From Sphingomonadales bacterium (GTDB lineage Bacteria; Pseudomonadota; Alphaproteobacteria; Sphingomonadales; G965227345): DNA of 64,000 nucleotides. The translations under genes were made by a program, and so were the position numbers. Position 1 is the first letter of the stretch, and the number at the start of each line of letters is the position of its first letter. Below are positions 29,949-41,163 of this stretch, piece after piece. The stretch spans positions 3,975,293 through 4,039,292 of the forward strand of contig OZ245755.1 of the NCBI GenBank assembly GCA_965227345.1, in the 5' to 3' direction. The notes beneath the pieces are model-generated. The model ran no database searches, was not told the origin of the DNA, and was given only the letters and a program-made list of their open reading frames with translations.

Positions 29949-31751
29949 TTAGCTGTCTTTCATCTTCAGCGCTGAAATAAAGGCATCGTGGGGAATTTCC
30001 ACCTTGCCAAATGTGCGCATCCGCTTCTTGCCGGCCTTTTGCTTTTCAAGCAATTTGCGTTTCCGGGTGACATCGCCGCCATAGCATTTCGCCGTCACAT
30101 CCTTGCGCAAGGCGCCAATGGTCTCCCGCGCGATGATCTTGCCGCCAATGGCCGCCTGAATTGGTATTTTGAACATCTGGCGAGGGATCAGGTCCTTCAG
30201 GCGTTCACAGAGCATGCGGCCACGGGTTTCCGCCTGACCCCGATGCACCATGATGGCCAGAGCATCCACTGGTTCTGCATTCACCAGAATGGACATCTTC
30301 ACAAGGTCGCCCTGACGGTATTCATCCATCTGATAATCGAAACTTGCGTAACCACGACTGACGGATTTCAGACGGTCATAGAAATCGTAAACAACTTCAT
30401 TCAGGGGCAGCAGGTAGACCACCATCGCGCGGCTGCCGACATAGGTTAGTTCAACCTGTTCGCCGCGCTTTTCTTCACAAAGCTTCAGGATACTTCCCAA
30501 ATGATCATCAGGCACCAGTATGGTCGCCTTGATCCAGGGTTCTTCAATATGGTCTATACGGACCTGATCGGGCATGTCGGCAGGGTTGTGAAGTTCCTGT
30601 ACCGTGCCGTTCGTCATATGCACCTTATAGACAACGCTGGGGGCCGTGGTGATCAGGTCCAGGTTAAATTCGCGGTAAAGGCGTTCCTGAATGATCTCCA
30701 GATGCAGCATGCCCAGAAACCCGCAGCGAAAGCCAAAACCCAGCGCCGCAGACGTTTCCGGTTCAAATTCAAAACTGGCGTCATTCAGACGTAACTTGTG
30801 AAGACTGTCACGCAGATGATCATAGTCTGCAGCGTCTGCCGGGAACAGGCCGCAAAACACCACTGACTGGACAGGCTTAAAGCCGGGCAGAGGTTTCTCT
30901 GCCAGCCTTTTTTCGTCCGTTACGGTGTCACCGATATTTGTCTGGGCAACTTCCTTGATGGCCGCTGTAAAAAAACCGATTTCACCGGGGCCCAATAACT
31001 CCATCGCTTCCGGCTTGGGGGTGAAAACACCGACGCGTTCCACCGTGTGTGTCGAGCCAGCCGCCATCATTCTGATTTTCATGCCTTTTTTCAGCGCGCC
31101 GTCAAAAACGCGGATCAGTACCACAACACCCAGATACGGATCGTACCAGCTATCAACCAGCAGCGCTTTCAGCGGCGCGTCCGGGTCGCCCTTGGGCGCG
31201 GGTATTCTTGTGACCAGTGATTCCAGCACTTCGCGGATTCCGACGCCTGTTTTGGCAGAAACCATAACGGCGTCGCTTGCATCCAGTCCGATAACGTCTT
31301 CAATTTGTGCGCGTACACGTTCCGGCTCTGCCGCAGGCAGGTCGATCTTGTTCAATACGCTGACAATCTCGTGATCATTGTCAATCGCCTGATAGACGTT
31401 GGCAAGGGTTTGTGCTTCAACGCCCTGACTGGAATCAACAACCAGAAGAGACCCTTCGCAGGCAGCCAGTGATCTGCTGACTTCATAGGCAAAGTCAACA
31501 TGGCCGGGGGTATCCATCAGGTTCAGGATGTATTCGTCACCGTTCAGGGCGACGTAATCAAGCCGCACCGCGTGGGCCTTGATCGTAATGCCGCGCTCGC
31601 GCTCGAGATCCATCGAATCGAGCACCTGTTCTTTCATTTCGCGTTCGGTTAGTCCCCCGCACAGCTGGATCAAGCGGTCGGCAAGCGTAGACTTGCCGTG
31701 ATCAATGTGGGCGATAATCGAGAAATTGCGTATCTGGCTTTGTTTTATCAT
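29949..31751 (-). CDS. lepA: translation elongation factor 4
   Basis: [25 protein letters not shown] and the characteristic LepA C-terminal domain. Confidence 0.97.
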   Translation of the reverse strand: MIKQSQIRNFSIIAHIDHGKSTLADRLIQLCGGLTEREMKEQVLDSMDLERERGITIKAHAVRLDYVALNGDEYILNLMDTPGHVDFAYEVSRSLAACEGSLLVVDSSQGVEAQTLANVYQAIDNDHEIVSVLNKIDLPAAEPERVRAQIEDVIGLDASDAVMVSAKTGVGIREVLESLVTRIPAPKGDPDAPLKALLVDSWYDPYLGVVVLIRVFDGALKKGMKIRMMAAGSTHTVERVGVFTPKPEAMELLGPGEIGFFTAAIKEVAQTNIGDTVTDEKRLAEKPLPGFKPVQSVVFCGLFPADAADYDHLRDSLHKLRLNDASFEFEPETSAALGFGFRCGFLGMLHLEIIQERLYREFNLDLITTAPSVVYKVHMTNGTVQELHNPADMPDQVRIDHIEEPWIKATILVPDDHLGSILKLCEEKRGEQVELTYVGSRAMVVYLLPLNEVVYDFYDRLKSVSRGYASFDYQMDEYRQGDLVKMSILVNAEPVDALAIMVHRGQAETRGRMLCERLKDLIPRQMFKIPIQAAIGGKIIARETIGALRKDVTAKCYGGDVTRKRKLLEKQKAGKKRMRTFGKVEIPHDAFISALKMKDS

Positions 31752-31835
31752 GGACGCGCTTTTACCACCGGAATGTCAGTCCGCCAAGGGCCACGCGCAT
31801 GTGTTTGTGATATTTTGATGAATTGGTGAAAATAG

Positions 31836-32822
31836 TTACCAGTCTGACATGGTTTTACTGGTTTTCTTGCTTGCGAGAAGTCGCCAGACCTGCAAATCGC
31901 CGCTTTCCAGCAGCCTGGTTTTGATGGACCAGAGTTCAGCCTCTTTTAACAGGGTATTAATGAGAGCTTTACCTTCGCTTCCCTGTTGGGTGAGTTGGGC
32001 AATGACCTTGTCTACTTCTGACCAGGCACTGGTAATCAATGAAATGTACTGGTCGCTGATATTCTCATTCACACGCAAGGAAAAACCTGCCTTTTCGAAC
32101 ATCTCGGTTTCTTCATCATGCAAAACGGGCCGTGGTTTTATTGGCTCCTGTGCCCGCCATTTTTCGAAGTCTTCATTGGCATAGGCATTTTCCGAGATGG
32201 TGTAATCTGTGGCCAGAAACAGGCCGTCAATTTTAAGCTTTGCATTGATTTTCCGCAAAAGGTCCGGTTTGTCGGCAATTGTGTACAGGCAATCGCGTGC
32301 CAGTGCCCGGTCAAAGTTCCTCTCGAAAGCGTCTTCTGCAGTGGGGTCATAGTGTTTGACAGGCGCTTTTTTTGCGAGCCCTGCCATGGTCGACAATTCC
32401 ATGCCTGCCTGTGCCAGTTTTTCAGATTCTTCAAATCCGGTAATCCAGACCCCGAATTCGTCAGCAAGAACCCTGCCGGGGCCTCCCAGTCCGGCGCCTA
32501 TCACCATCATGCTCATTTCCGGTGAGAGAGCGAGCAGTTTTGACATGGCAATGATATGTTCCGGCCCGCCGGGCCCGCAATAGCCATCGCCCCAGATATA
32601 CTGGGCAATTTGTACCCGCGCATCATCCCAGGGTGAGACGGGAAGTTCAGGGTCCAGTTCGACAGGCGCTTCCGGTTCAGGTTTTTTAGCCTGTTCCAGG
32701 TCTTTTTTACGCTTTTCTTCAATCGCTTTCAGACGAGCTTCAATATCGCGAACATCATAACCTTCCCACCAGGCTTTCAGCTTGAGTCGGAAAGATACTT
32801 TGACAGATGTCTTGTTAGCCAT
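31836..32822 (-). CDS. class I SAM-dependent methyltransferase with charged N-terminal extension
   Basis: ATG 32822 (MANKTSVK...). A Lys/Glu-rich segment is followed by MMVIGAGLGGPGRVLA (SAM motif I). The ORF extends to 32876. Confidence 0.7.
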   Translation of the reverse strand: MANKTSVKVSFRLKLKAWWEGYDVRDIEARLKAIEEKRKKDLEQAKKPEPEAPVELDPELPVSPWDDARVQIAQYIWGDGYCGPGGPEHIIAMSKLLALSPEMSMMVIGAGLGGPGRVLADEFGVWITGFEESEKLAQAGMELSTMAGLAKKAPVKHYDPTAEDAFERNFDRALARDCLYTIADKPDLLRKINAKLKIDGLFLATDYTISENAYANEDFEKWRAQEPIKPRPVLHDEETEMFEKAGFSLRVNENISDQYISLITSAWSEVDKVIAQLTQQGSEGKALINTLLKEAELWSIKTRLLESGDLQVWRLLASKKTSKTMSDW

Positions 32823-32989
32823 ATTCAAGTCCGTATCTACTCTATCAAATGACAGGAGCAAGAAACTATGCCGCATGCAAAGGCATGTTGCCTTTATTCA
32901 CTTGGATATCTTTCTTTATACCTGTGCGAAGCTAGCAAGTAATTTACAATAAAAAGTAAACAGGTTGCTAACCATGACAGAGATTGAAA

Positions 32990-35395
32990 TCAGGATCTCA
33001 ACACGCCTCCGGTGTTTTTGGCGACAATAGCAATGATCTTCGCCGCAACTGCCTCGATATCTTCTTCTGTCAGGGTTTTATCCTGCGGTTGCAGCCGAAC
33101 AGACAGGGCAACGGATTTCTTTGTTTCATCAATTCCAGCGCCTTCGTAGACATCAAAGACACTTACATCCGTAATCAGCTTGCGATCTGCGCCAGCAGCG
33201 CTTCTGATGATATCGCCAGCGGGTACATTTCTGTCGACGACAAATGCGAAATCCCTTTCCACGGCCTGAAAATCGGATTTGGCGAGAGGCCCACGGCTGC
33301 GGGTATTCCTGGGCCTGGCATAAGGAATTGCATCCAGGAATATTTCAAAGCCTGTTAGAGGGCCCTTTGCATCCATCGCTTCAATAACCGCAGGGTGCAA
33401 TTCGCCAAAATAGCCGAGGATATTTTTAGGTCCCAACCGAAGAACACCTGAGCGACCAGGATGATACCAGTCCGGTGCATCAGGCGTTATCTGGATATTT
33501 GCAACACCAAGGCCTGTGGATTCAATAACTGCCAGGGCATCTGCCTTGATGTCATAAGCGTCGAAACTTGCAGGATTGCCAGCCCAGTGCCGGTTGCCAA
33601 CGGCACCACGGCGCACGGCGGAGGCCGCAAGTTTCTGGCCCTCGGGTTTGTCATTTTCAAACTGGGCAGCAACTTCGAACAGGGAAATGTTCTTGAAACC
33701 ACGGTCGACATTTCTGCCTATGGCAGCAATCAGGTTTGGAACAAGACTGGGGCGCATCGTCCCAAGTTCCGTGCTAATTGGATTGGCAAGCCGGAGTTCC
33801 GGGGCACCGCCACCGAACAGCTCTGCATGTGCCTGCGGCAGGAAGCTCCAGCTGACGGCCTCGGTCAGGCCACGGGCTGCCAGCGTACGCCTTGCGGTAC
33901 GCACGCGTCGCTGACGTACCGTTAAGGCACCTCGTATTGTAATATCCAGCTTTGGCAGCGGAGTTGCCGGTATATGTTCAAACCCGTGAACCCGCATCAC
34001 CTCTTCAACAATATCTGCTTCGCCCGCAACATCCGGTCTCCAGGAAGGTGCAGTAACAGAGATATTTTTGCCTTGGGTGCCGGTCACGAAACCCAGGGCA
34101 TTCAGGATGGAGGTCATGTTGCTAACCGCAAGACTGATACCGCCAAGTGTTTCAACCCGTTCGGGCCTGAATTCTATTGTGCGGGCGGAATCTGGTGTGT
34201 GCCCGGCAACAACCAGCTCGCTTGGTTCACCGCCACACAGATCAATAATCATGGCGGTCGCCTGCTCGATACCCGGGATCGTGAATTCAGGATCCACCCC
34301 ACGCTCGAACCGGTATCTCGCGTCACTATCGATTCCCAGTTTACGTCCCGTCATCGCGGTGCGAACAGGGTCAAACAGAGCGGATTCCAGGAAGACATCC
34401 ACGGTGTCTGCAGTGCAGCCGGAAACTTCTCCGCCCATAACGCCGCCCAGTCCAAGCACCGACTGATCATCTGCAATGACGCATATATCGCCAGTCAGGT
34501 CATATTCTTCGCCGTCAAGTGCGAGCAGCTTTTCGCCGGGCTGTGCGAGGCGGACCTGAACATCGCCTTTTAATTTAGCTGCGTCATAGACATGGAGAGG
34601 GCGACCACGATCAAAACAGATGTAATTTGTAATATCTACCAGTGCAGAGATCGGGCGCAACCCTATGGCCCGTAAACGCTGCTGGAGCCATTTTGGGCTG
34701 GGTCCATTTTTAACGCCGCGTATATAGCGCCCGGCAAATAGCGGGCACGCGCCTTGTGCGGCGTCAGGCAGGGCAAGGTTGACCTTGACCGGGCTTTCGT
34801 ATGTGCCCGATACAGGAGAGGGGCTTTTGGATATCAGCGTGCCCATATTGCGAGCTGCCAAATCACGGGCGATTCCCCCCACGCCCAGACAGTCCGGACG
34901 GTTGGGCGTAATCGCAATTTCAATCACCGGATCATCAAGACCGGAAAGCGTTGCGAAGGGTGTGCCGACCGGCGTGTCTTCGGGCAGGTCTATAATGCCG
35001 TTATGTTCATCACTTATTTCAAGCTCGCGCTCGGAGCAGAGCATGCCATTTGACGCGACACCTCTGATTTCGGCTGGTTTCAGGGTCATATCTGAACCCG
35101 GAATATACGAGCCGGAAGGCGCGAAAACAGCTTTCATCCCGGCGCGAGCATTGGGGGCGCCGCAGACAACCTGTAAAATCTCGCTGCCCGTATCAACCTT
35201 GCAGACCTGAAGCTTGTCGGCATTCGGATGAGGCGCAGCCGCGATGACATGCGCGACCTTGAAAGCGGACAGAGCCTTGGCTTTGTCTTCAACGCCTTCA
35301 ACCTCAAGGCCAAGGGATGTCAGGTTTTCACAGATTTCTTCGAGTGAGGCATCTGTTTCAAGATGTGTTTTGAGCCAGGAAAGAGTGAATTTCAT
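32990..35395 (-). CDS. pheT: phenylalanine--tRNA ligase beta subunit
   Basis: 801 aa with a [10 protein letters not shown]-terminus, B3/4, B5 and FDX-ACB-like regions. It overlaps pheS by 4 nt. Confidence 0.97.
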   Translation of the reverse strand: MKFTLSWLKTHLETDASLEEICENLTSLGLEVEGVEDKAKALSAFKVAHVIAAAPHPNADKLQVCKVDTGSEILQVVCGAPNARAGMKAVFAPSGSYIPGSDMTLKPAEIRGVASNGMLCSERELEISDEHNGIIDLPEDTPVGTPFATLSGLDDPVIEIAITPNRPDCLGVGGIARDLAARNMGTLISKSPSPVSGTYESPVKVNLALPDAAQGACPLFAGRYIRGVKNGPSPKWLQQRLRAIGLRPISALVDITNYICFDRGRPLHVYDAAKLKGDVQVRLAQPGEKLLALDGEEYDLTGDICVIADDQSVLGLGGVMGGEVSGCTADTVDVFLESALFDPVRTAMTGRKLGIDSDARYRFERGVDPEFTIPGIEQATAMIIDLCGGEPSELVVAGHTPDSARTIEFRPERVETLGGISLAVSNMTSILNALGFVTGTQGKNISVTAPSWRPDVAGEADIVEEVMRVHGFEHIPATPLPKLDITIRGALTVRQRRVRTARRTLAARGLTEAVSWSFLPQAHAELFGGGAPELRLANPISTELGTMRPSLVPNLIAAIGRNVDRGFKNISLFEVAAQFENDKPEGQKLAASAVRRGAVGNRHWAGNPASFDAYDIKADALAVIESTGLGVANIQITPDAPDWYHPGRSGVLRLGPKNILGYFGELHPAVIEAMDAKGPLTGFEIFLDAIPYARPRNTRSRGPLAKSDFQAVERDFAFVVDRNVPAGDIIRSAAGADRKLITDVSVFDVYEGAGIDETKKSVALSVRLQPQDKTLTEEDIEAVAAKIIAIVAKNTGGVLRS

Positions 35396-36468
35396 ACTGC
35401 ACCTCGGGTGCCCAGAGTGGGAATATCAAGGCTTGAGAAGCCATAGTGATGGAGCCAGCGTAGATCGGCATCAAAGAAGTCCCGCAAGTCCGGGATGCCG
35501 TATTTCAACATGGCAATGCGATCAATGCCCATACCAAAGGCGAAGCCCTGATACTCCTTGGGATCAAGGCCGACGTTTTCCAGCACTTTCGGATTGACCA
35601 TGCCACAGCCCAGAATTTCGAGCCAGTCATCACCTTCACCGATGACAATTTCACCCTGTTTGAAGGTACAGCCAATGTCGACTTCGGCAGATGGTTCCGT
35701 GAACGGGAAATAACTTGGCCGAAAGCGCATTTTGATGTTGTCGACTTCGAAGAACGCCTTGCAAAATGCTTCCAGACACCCTTTAAGGTGACCCATATGG
35801 GTTGCCTTGTCGATCACCAGTGCTTCCACCTGATGGAACATGGGGGTATGGGTAGCATCAGAATCACTGCGGAAGGTTCGCCCCGGTGCAATAAAGCGGT
35901 GCGGCGGCGGATTATTTTCCATGGTTCTGATTTGTACGGTCGATGTGTGGGTGCGCAATACCTTGCGGTTCCCGTTTTCGTCTTCAGGCAGATAAAATGT
36001 GTCCTGCATCTGGCGGGCAGGGTGTTCCGGCGGAATATTCAACGCGGTGAAATTATGGAAATCATCATCAATTTCCGGTCCTTCTGCGACATTAAATCCC
36101 ATCTCGGCAAATATCTCGACAACCTCGTCGATGACGTGGCTAATGGGATGAATGCGGCCAGTCTGTTCCTGGCGTGACGGCAAGGTGACGTCAATACTTT
36201 CTGATTTCAGGCGTGCTTCCAGCGCTGCCGCGTTAAGGGCGTTGCGCCGATCTGCAAGGGCATCTGCCAGCTGGACCTTCAGGCCATTATACAATGGACC
36301 GTTTGTTTGCCGCTCTTCAGGTGACATTTGCCCCAGACGCTTCATCAGATCGGTAATGATGCCTTTTTTACCAAGAACAGAAACCCTGACTTGTTCCAGT
36401 GCGTCCATGCTGTCAGCCGAGGCAATTTCGTCCGCCAGGCGTTCTTTCAATTGTTCAATGTTTTCCAT
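35392..36468 (-). CDS. pheS: phenylalanine--tRNA ligase alpha subunit
   Basis: Class II core ([27 protein letters not shown]). Confidence 0.97.
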   Translation of the reverse strand: MENIEQLKERLADEIASADSMDALEQVRVSVLGKKGIITDLMKRLGQMSPEERQTNGPLYNGLKVQLADALADRRNALNAAALEARLKSESIDVTLPSRQEQTGRIHPISHVIDEVVEIFAEMGFNVAEGPEIDDDFHNFTALNIPPEHPARQMQDTFYLPEDENGNRKVLRTHTSTVQIRTMENNPPPHRFIAPGRTFRSDSDATHTPMFHQVEALVIDKATHMGHLKGCLEAFCKAFFEVDNIKMRFRPSYFPFTEPSAEVDIGCTFKQGEIVIGEGDDWLEILGCGMVNPKVLENVGLDPKEYQGFAFGMGIDRIAMLKYGIPDLRDFFDADLRWLHHYGFSSLDIPTLGTRGAV

Positions 36469-36516
36469 GAGAGAACCATATGTCTTTGAAGATGATAAAG
36501 AAACGTTCCATCAGAT

Positions 36517-36553
36517 AAAAAACAAAAAAGGGCCTTCGATTTCAAAGGCCCTT
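36517..36553 (-). terminator. rho-independent terminator/attenuator between rplT and pheS
   Basis: The minus strand reads AAGGGCCTT-8 nt loop-AAGGCCCTT followed by TTTTGTTTTTT. Confidence 0.6.
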
Positions 36554-36586
36554 TTGTTTATTTTCAGACGGTCTCAAGAGCCTGAC

Positions 36587-36952
36587 TTAGGCTGCTTTCG
36601 CAATAGCAGCCTGCGCCTGATCCAGGATGGCTTTAAACGCATCCGGTTCACGTACGGCAAGATCAGCCAGAATTTTACGATCAATCTCAATATTTGCCTT
36701 GGTCAGACCATCCACAAGCCGTGAATAAGTCATGCCATGCAAGCGGGCAGCCGCATTGATACGTTGAATCCACAAGGCGCGAAACTGGCGCTTGCGCACA
36801 CGCCGGTCGCGATATGCATACTGCAGCGACTTTTCGACGGCCTGAACGGCAACACGATAAATATTTTTGCGACGACCGCGGTAACCTGCAGCCTGATCAA
36901 TAACTTTTTTGTGACGGGCATGAGCCGTCACACCACGTTTAACACGAGCCAT
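36587..36952 (-). CDS. rplT: 50S ribosomal protein L20
   Basis: [16 protein letters not shown]... Confidence 0.97.
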   Translation of the reverse strand: MARVKRGVTAHARHKKVIDQAAGYRGRRKNIYRVAVQAVEKSLQYAYRDRRVRKRQFRALWIQRINAAARLHGMTYSRLVDGLTKANIEIDRKILADLAVREPDAFKAILDQAQAAIAKAA

Positions 36953-36963
36953 GACTTAATCTC

Positions 36964-37164
36964 CTATCCGTTTGGAAGAAATGATTTGATAACGAACTTG
37001 GCATCCTGTGAAGCCAGAATGGTCGAACCACGCTGGTTACGGATTTGCTTGTTTGTCCGCTTGATCATGCCGTGTTGTTTATTTGCCTGACCTGCGCGGA
37101 CCTTGCCGGACGCCGTCAGACTGAAGCGCTTTTTAGCGCCACTTTTCGTCTTCATCTTGGGCAT
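36964..37164 (-). CDS. rpmI: 50S ribosomal protein L35
   Basis: [14 protein letters not shown]... Confidence 0.95.
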   Translation of the reverse strand: MPKMKTKSGAKKRFSLTASGKVRAGQANKQHGMIKRTNKQIRNQRGSTILASQDAKFVIKSFLPNG

Positions 37165-37375
37165 TTTGCTATCCTTCTCTGTATCTAGTAGGCTTGTTAA
37201 AGCCGGATGCTATTTGGGCGGGGTAGGCATGCCCTTACGCCATCTCGCCCGATTGCGCCGTGGGTTATAGCCTCATGGTGGTGGAAAGGCAAGCCCTGCG
37301 CGACGTCCCGGTAACAATTTAGTAGAACTTCCTGATAGTATAGGGCAATCGATCTGAATGAAAGCGAGGTAATTC

Positions 37376-38296
37376 ATGTTTTTCCAACTACCCGTTATCG
37401 GCATGCGGCTCATTCTGGGCGCTTTTCTGGCGGTCTCGCTTGTTCCGGCGCCTTCGGCTCAGGCTGCGGAACCGGGCTTGCCCGGGTCGGGGCCTGCGCT
37501 TTGGCACATTGAAAATGATTCGGCACGCGGGCAGGTTTATTTGTTCGGCTCGATACATATGATGAAAAAAGGCGTGATCTGGATGTCGCCCAAAATACAA
37601 CAGGCGTTTTCAGCTTCGACGGAACTGGTTCTGGAAGCAGATATGAATCCGGCAGCGGCGGCAGAGGTTCAGGCTCTGGTCCTTCAAAATGGTGTATATC
37701 CGCAAGGAGAAAGTCTTCAGGGGTCCATTGCGCCGGACCTCTTTGAGCAAGTCAGGACACTGGGGGGCGAGGCAGGTTTGCCCGCCCCGACAATCAACCG
37801 GTTAAGGCCCTGGTATGCGGCCACTGTTATCGGTGTCAGCTATATTCAGAGCCATGGTTATGAAGTTGAGCTTGGTGTGGACAGCTATTTTCAGGAACTG
37901 GCCAGTACGAGGGGTGTGAGGATCTCTGGTCTGGAGACGGTGAGGGAGCAAATGCTTGCCCTGTCCGGTCATGCGCCAGATGTGCAGGAGGCTATGCTGC
38001 GCGATACTGTCGACCAGCTCGCTAACATGAATGTGTTACTGGAAGAAATGACGGATGCCTGGGTTTCCGGGGACATTCGGGCCCTGAATGAGAAATTGCT
38101 GGGTCCAATGCGAGAGGTGCCCGAGTTATATGATGTTTTGCTTGTGCGGCGGAACAGAAACTGGCTGCCTGAAATTCAGGCACTTCTCAATCAGCCCGGC
38201 GTCCATTTTGTTGTTGTGGGCACGGCTCACCTGATCGGTGAAGACGGTTTGGTTGCCATGCTGCGAAACAGGGGCCTGAACGTTAAGAGATATTAG
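37376..38296 (+). CDS. TraB/GumN family protein (secreted)
   Basis: Signal peptide ending AQA, plus GSIHMM and VVGTAHLIGEDGL motifs. Confidence 0.8.
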   Translation: MFFQLPVIGMRLILGAFLAVSLVPAPSAQAAEPGLPGSGPALWHIENDSARGQVYLFGSIHMMKKGVIWMSPKIQQAFSASTELVLEADMNPAAAAEVQALVLQNGVYPQGESLQGSIAPDLFEQVRTLGGEAGLPAPTINRLRPWYAATVIGVSYIQSHGYEVELGVDSYFQELASTRGVRISGLETVREQMLALSGHAPDVQEAMLRDTVDQLANMNVLLEEMTDAWVSGDIRALNEKLLGPMREVPELYDVLLVRRNRNWLPEIQALLNQPGVHFVVVGTAHLIGEDGLVAMLRNRGLNVKRY

Positions 38297-38340
38297 GAAG
38301 AAGACCGGGAGATGAAGAACGCTGCTTGATTATAAGGCAC

Positions 38341-38375
38341 AAAAAAAGCCGTCCTGGTATTTGGACGGCTTTTTT
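38341..38375. terminator. bidirectional rho-independent terminator
   Basis: A7-GCCGTCC-8 nt loop-GGACGGC-T5 between the convergent TraB/GumN gene and infC. Confidence 0.65.
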
Positions 38376-38396
38376 AATGAAATATTCTGCCAGATG

Positions 38397-38930
38397 TTAT
38401 TTCGGCGCAATGATCATCATAATCTGCCGACCTTCCATCTTGGGTGTTTGCTCAATTTTGGCAAGTTCAACAACCCGTGAAGAAACCTCGTTAAGCACTC
38501 TCATGCCTAGTTCCTGATGGGCCATTTCCCTGCCTCGGAAGCGCATGGTGATCTTGACTTTATTGCCTTCAGCAAGGAATTTTTCAACAGCCCGCATTTT
38601 CACATCAAGGTCATGAACATCAATGCCCGGGCGCATTTTGATTTCCTTGACTTCAATGACCTTTTGCTTTTTCCGCGCCTGGCTTGCCTTTTTCTGGGCT
38701 TCGAACTTGTACTTGCCATAGTCCAGAATTTTACATACCGGCGGGTCTGTATTTGGCGAGATCTCAACAAGGTCCAAAGTGGCTTCTGCAGCCATCTTTA
38801 ACGCTGTGTCGATATCGACTACACCATGATTTTCTCCCTCGGCGTCAATCAGTCGCACTTCAGAGAGCGTGATCTGTGTATTGACCCTGGGGCCACGCTG
38901 AGTTGGTGGGGTGGGCGGTCCTCTACGTAT
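38397..38930 (-). CDS. infC: translation initiation factor IF-3 (ATA start)
   Basis: The conserved N-terminus ([31 protein letters not shown]) continues in frame upstream of the first canonical start, GTG 38858. The only start-like codon before the in-frame stop at 38958-38960 is ATA 38930. GGAGGA lies 6 nt upstream of it. Confidence 0.9.
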   Translation of the reverse strand: MRRGPPTPPTQRGPRVNTQITLSEVRLIDAEGENHGVVDIDTALKMAAEATLDLVEISPNTDPPVCKILDYGKYKFEAQKKASQARKKQKVIEVKEIKMRPGIDVHDLDVKMRAVEKFLAEGNKVKITMRFRGREMAHQELGMRVLNEVSSRVVELAKIEQTPKMEGRQIMMIIAPK

Positions 38931-39115
38931 GAAACTTCCTCCTGCTTGTGACGATGGTCATCATTTATCCGACCGGTCAGCTGCTATCCATTACAAAATT
39001 GCAATTACGACATATTACTCGACGATTATGCCCAATGAATGTTGTATATGGTTTCGGCAGAAGAATGTTTCAAATATTTTTACCCCCAAAGACCATATAT
39101 CAACATTCCGCCCGA

Positions 39116-41053
39116 CTAACCCGGCAGGGCAGAATCTGCAGTCAGTGTATTCAGTGCGTCGGCAAGTGCAAGTGTTTCTTGATTATTTGATCCCAAACGT
39201 CGAACGGAAACAGTTTTTTCCTGTGCCTCGCGCTCTCCGACGACCAGTAAAACCGGTACCTTTGCTACGGAATGCTCCCGAACCTTGTAGTTTATCTTCT
39301 CATTGCGGGTATCAACATCCACCCGTAACCCATTGGCTTTCAACAAGGCAGAGACTTCGCGGGCATACTCATCTGCACTGGATGTGATGGTGGCCACCAC
39401 GACCTGCAAAGGTGCCATCCAGAATGGAAATTTCCCGGCATAATTTTCAATCAGAATGCCGATAAAGCGTTCAAACGATCCGAAAATCGCCCGATGCAAC
39501 ATGACAGGCCGATGTTTCTGGCTGTCTTCACCAATATAATTGGCATCCAGCCGTTCAGGCAGGACAAAATCAACCTGTATGGTGCCACATTGCCAGTCGC
39601 GCCCAATCGCGTCCCGCAGAACGAATTCCAGTTTGGGGCCATAAAAGGCGCCTTCACCGGGGTTGAGTTCATACTCATGGCCTGTGGCCTTAACGGCGTT
39701 CAACAACGCACTTTCGGCCCGATCCCATACGTCATCCGATCCGGCACGAACCTCTGGCCGGTCCGAGAATTTGACCCGGACATCTGTAAAGCCGAAGTCG
39801 CGATAGACATCCATCAGCATTTTGCTGAAAGCAATGGTTTCTGATGTAATCTGGTCTTCACGACAGAAAATATGGCCGTCATCCTGGGTAAAGGCTCGAA
39901 CTCGCATCAGGCCATGCAGCGCGCCTGAGGGTTCATAGCGATGGCAACTGCCAAATTCGGTATAACGTAGTGGCAACTCGCGGTAGCTGATCAGCCGCTG
40001 GTTGAAGACCTGTACATGACAGGGGCAGTTCATGGGTTTTAGCGCAAAAACCCGTTCTTCTGATTCGCAGGTGTACATATGATCTGCGAACTTTTCAGCG
40101 TGGCCTGACTTCACCCACAAGGACTTGTCGACAAGCTGGGGTGTTTTAATCTCCTGATAGCCGTGTTCAACCTGCTTTTGACGAATATATTTCTCAATTT
40201 GCTGGTAAAGGCTCCAGCCCTTTGGGTGCCAGAAAGGCATGCCTGCCGCTTCTTCCTGAAAATGGAAAAGGCCCATTTCACGACCGACTTTTCTGTGATC
40301 GCGCTTTTCAGCTTCTTCAATCTGGTGAAGATAGGCATTCAGCTCTTTTTTATCGCGCCACGCGGTGCCGTAGACCCGCTGCAGCATTTCATTTTTCGAA
40401 TCACCGCGCCAGTAAGCCCCGGCAATTTTTGTCAGTTTGAACCCATCACCAAGTTTGCCTGTAGACGGCAGGTGCGGGCCACGACACAGGTCGATAAAAT
40501 CACCCTGCCGATACAGACTGATATTTTCGTTTGAAGGAATGCTGGCAATAATCTCTGCCTTGTATTCTTCGCCAATACCGCGAAAGAATTCCACGGCGTC
40601 GTCGCGTTTCCAGACCTCTCGCTTAATTTTCTCGTCGCGCTTTACGATGTCATGCATGCGCGCTTCGATTTTTTCCAGATCCTCGGGAGTGAAAGGCTGG
40701 GAGCGCGAAAAATCATAATAAAACCCGTTGTCGATGGCGGGGCCAATTGTAACCTGGGTTTCAGGGTAAAGTTCCTTGACCGCCTCTGCCAGCACATGGG
40801 CGGCATCATGACGCAACAGTTCCAGCGCGGCTTCATCCTTGCGTGTAACGATTGCGACCTGAGAATCCTGCTCGATAGGGCGGTGAAGATCCCAAAGTTC
40901 GCCATCCACCTTGACAAGCAGGGCAGCCTTTGCAAGGCCGGGTCCAATGTCGGTTGCCAGATCAAAACCGGTCACGGGGCCGGTAAACTGGCGAACACTC
41001 CCGTCCGGTAATGTCAGGGCAACAGGCTTGGCGGCTTTGTCTACGTCTTGCAT
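39116..41053 (-). CDS. thrS: threonine--tRNA ligase
   Basis: TGS domain, editing domain ([10 protein letters not shown]), class II core and anticodon-binding domain. Confidence 0.97.
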   Translation of the reverse strand: MQDVDKAAKPVALTLPDGSVRQFTGPVTGFDLATDIGPGLAKAALLVKVDGELWDLHRPIEQDSQVAIVTRKDEAALELLRHDAAHVLAEAVKELYPETQVTIGPAIDNGFYYDFSRSQPFTPEDLEKIEARMHDIVKRDEKIKREVWKRDDAVEFFRGIGEEYKAEIIASIPSNENISLYRQGDFIDLCRGPHLPSTGKLGDGFKLTKIAGAYWRGDSKNEMLQRVYGTAWRDKKELNAYLHQIEEAEKRDHRKVGREMGLFHFQEEAAGMPFWHPKGWSLYQQIEKYIRQKQVEHGYQEIKTPQLVDKSLWVKSGHAEKFADHMYTCESEERVFALKPMNCPCHVQVFNQRLISYRELPLRYTEFGSCHRYEPSGALHGLMRVRAFTQDDGHIFCREDQITSETIAFSKMLMDVYRDFGFTDVRVKFSDRPEVRAGSDDVWDRAESALLNAVKATGHEYELNPGEGAFYGPKLEFVLRDAIGRDWQCGTIQVDFVLPERLDANYIGEDSQKHRPVMLHRAIFGSFERFIGILIENYAGKFPFWMAPLQVVVATITSSADEYAREVSALLKANGLRVDVDTRNEKINYKVREHSVAKVPVLLVVGEREAQEKTVSVRRLGSNNQETLALADALNTLTADSALPG

Positions 41054-41114
41054 AATCTGGATCGAACACAGTCAAATTGTTGAAATACAGGCAGGCTGTT
41101 CCAGCCCTGACCGG

Positions 41115-41142
41115 AAGGTAGATTTATTTGCCGCTGTGTCAA
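41115..41142 (-). promoter_or_regulatory. candidate sigma70-type promoter for thrS
   Basis: The minus strand reads TTGACA-16 nt-TACCTT, about 60 nt upstream of the thrS ATG. Confidence 0.3.
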
Positions 41143-41163
41143 GCGCCTCGGGGCGTGAATGGG

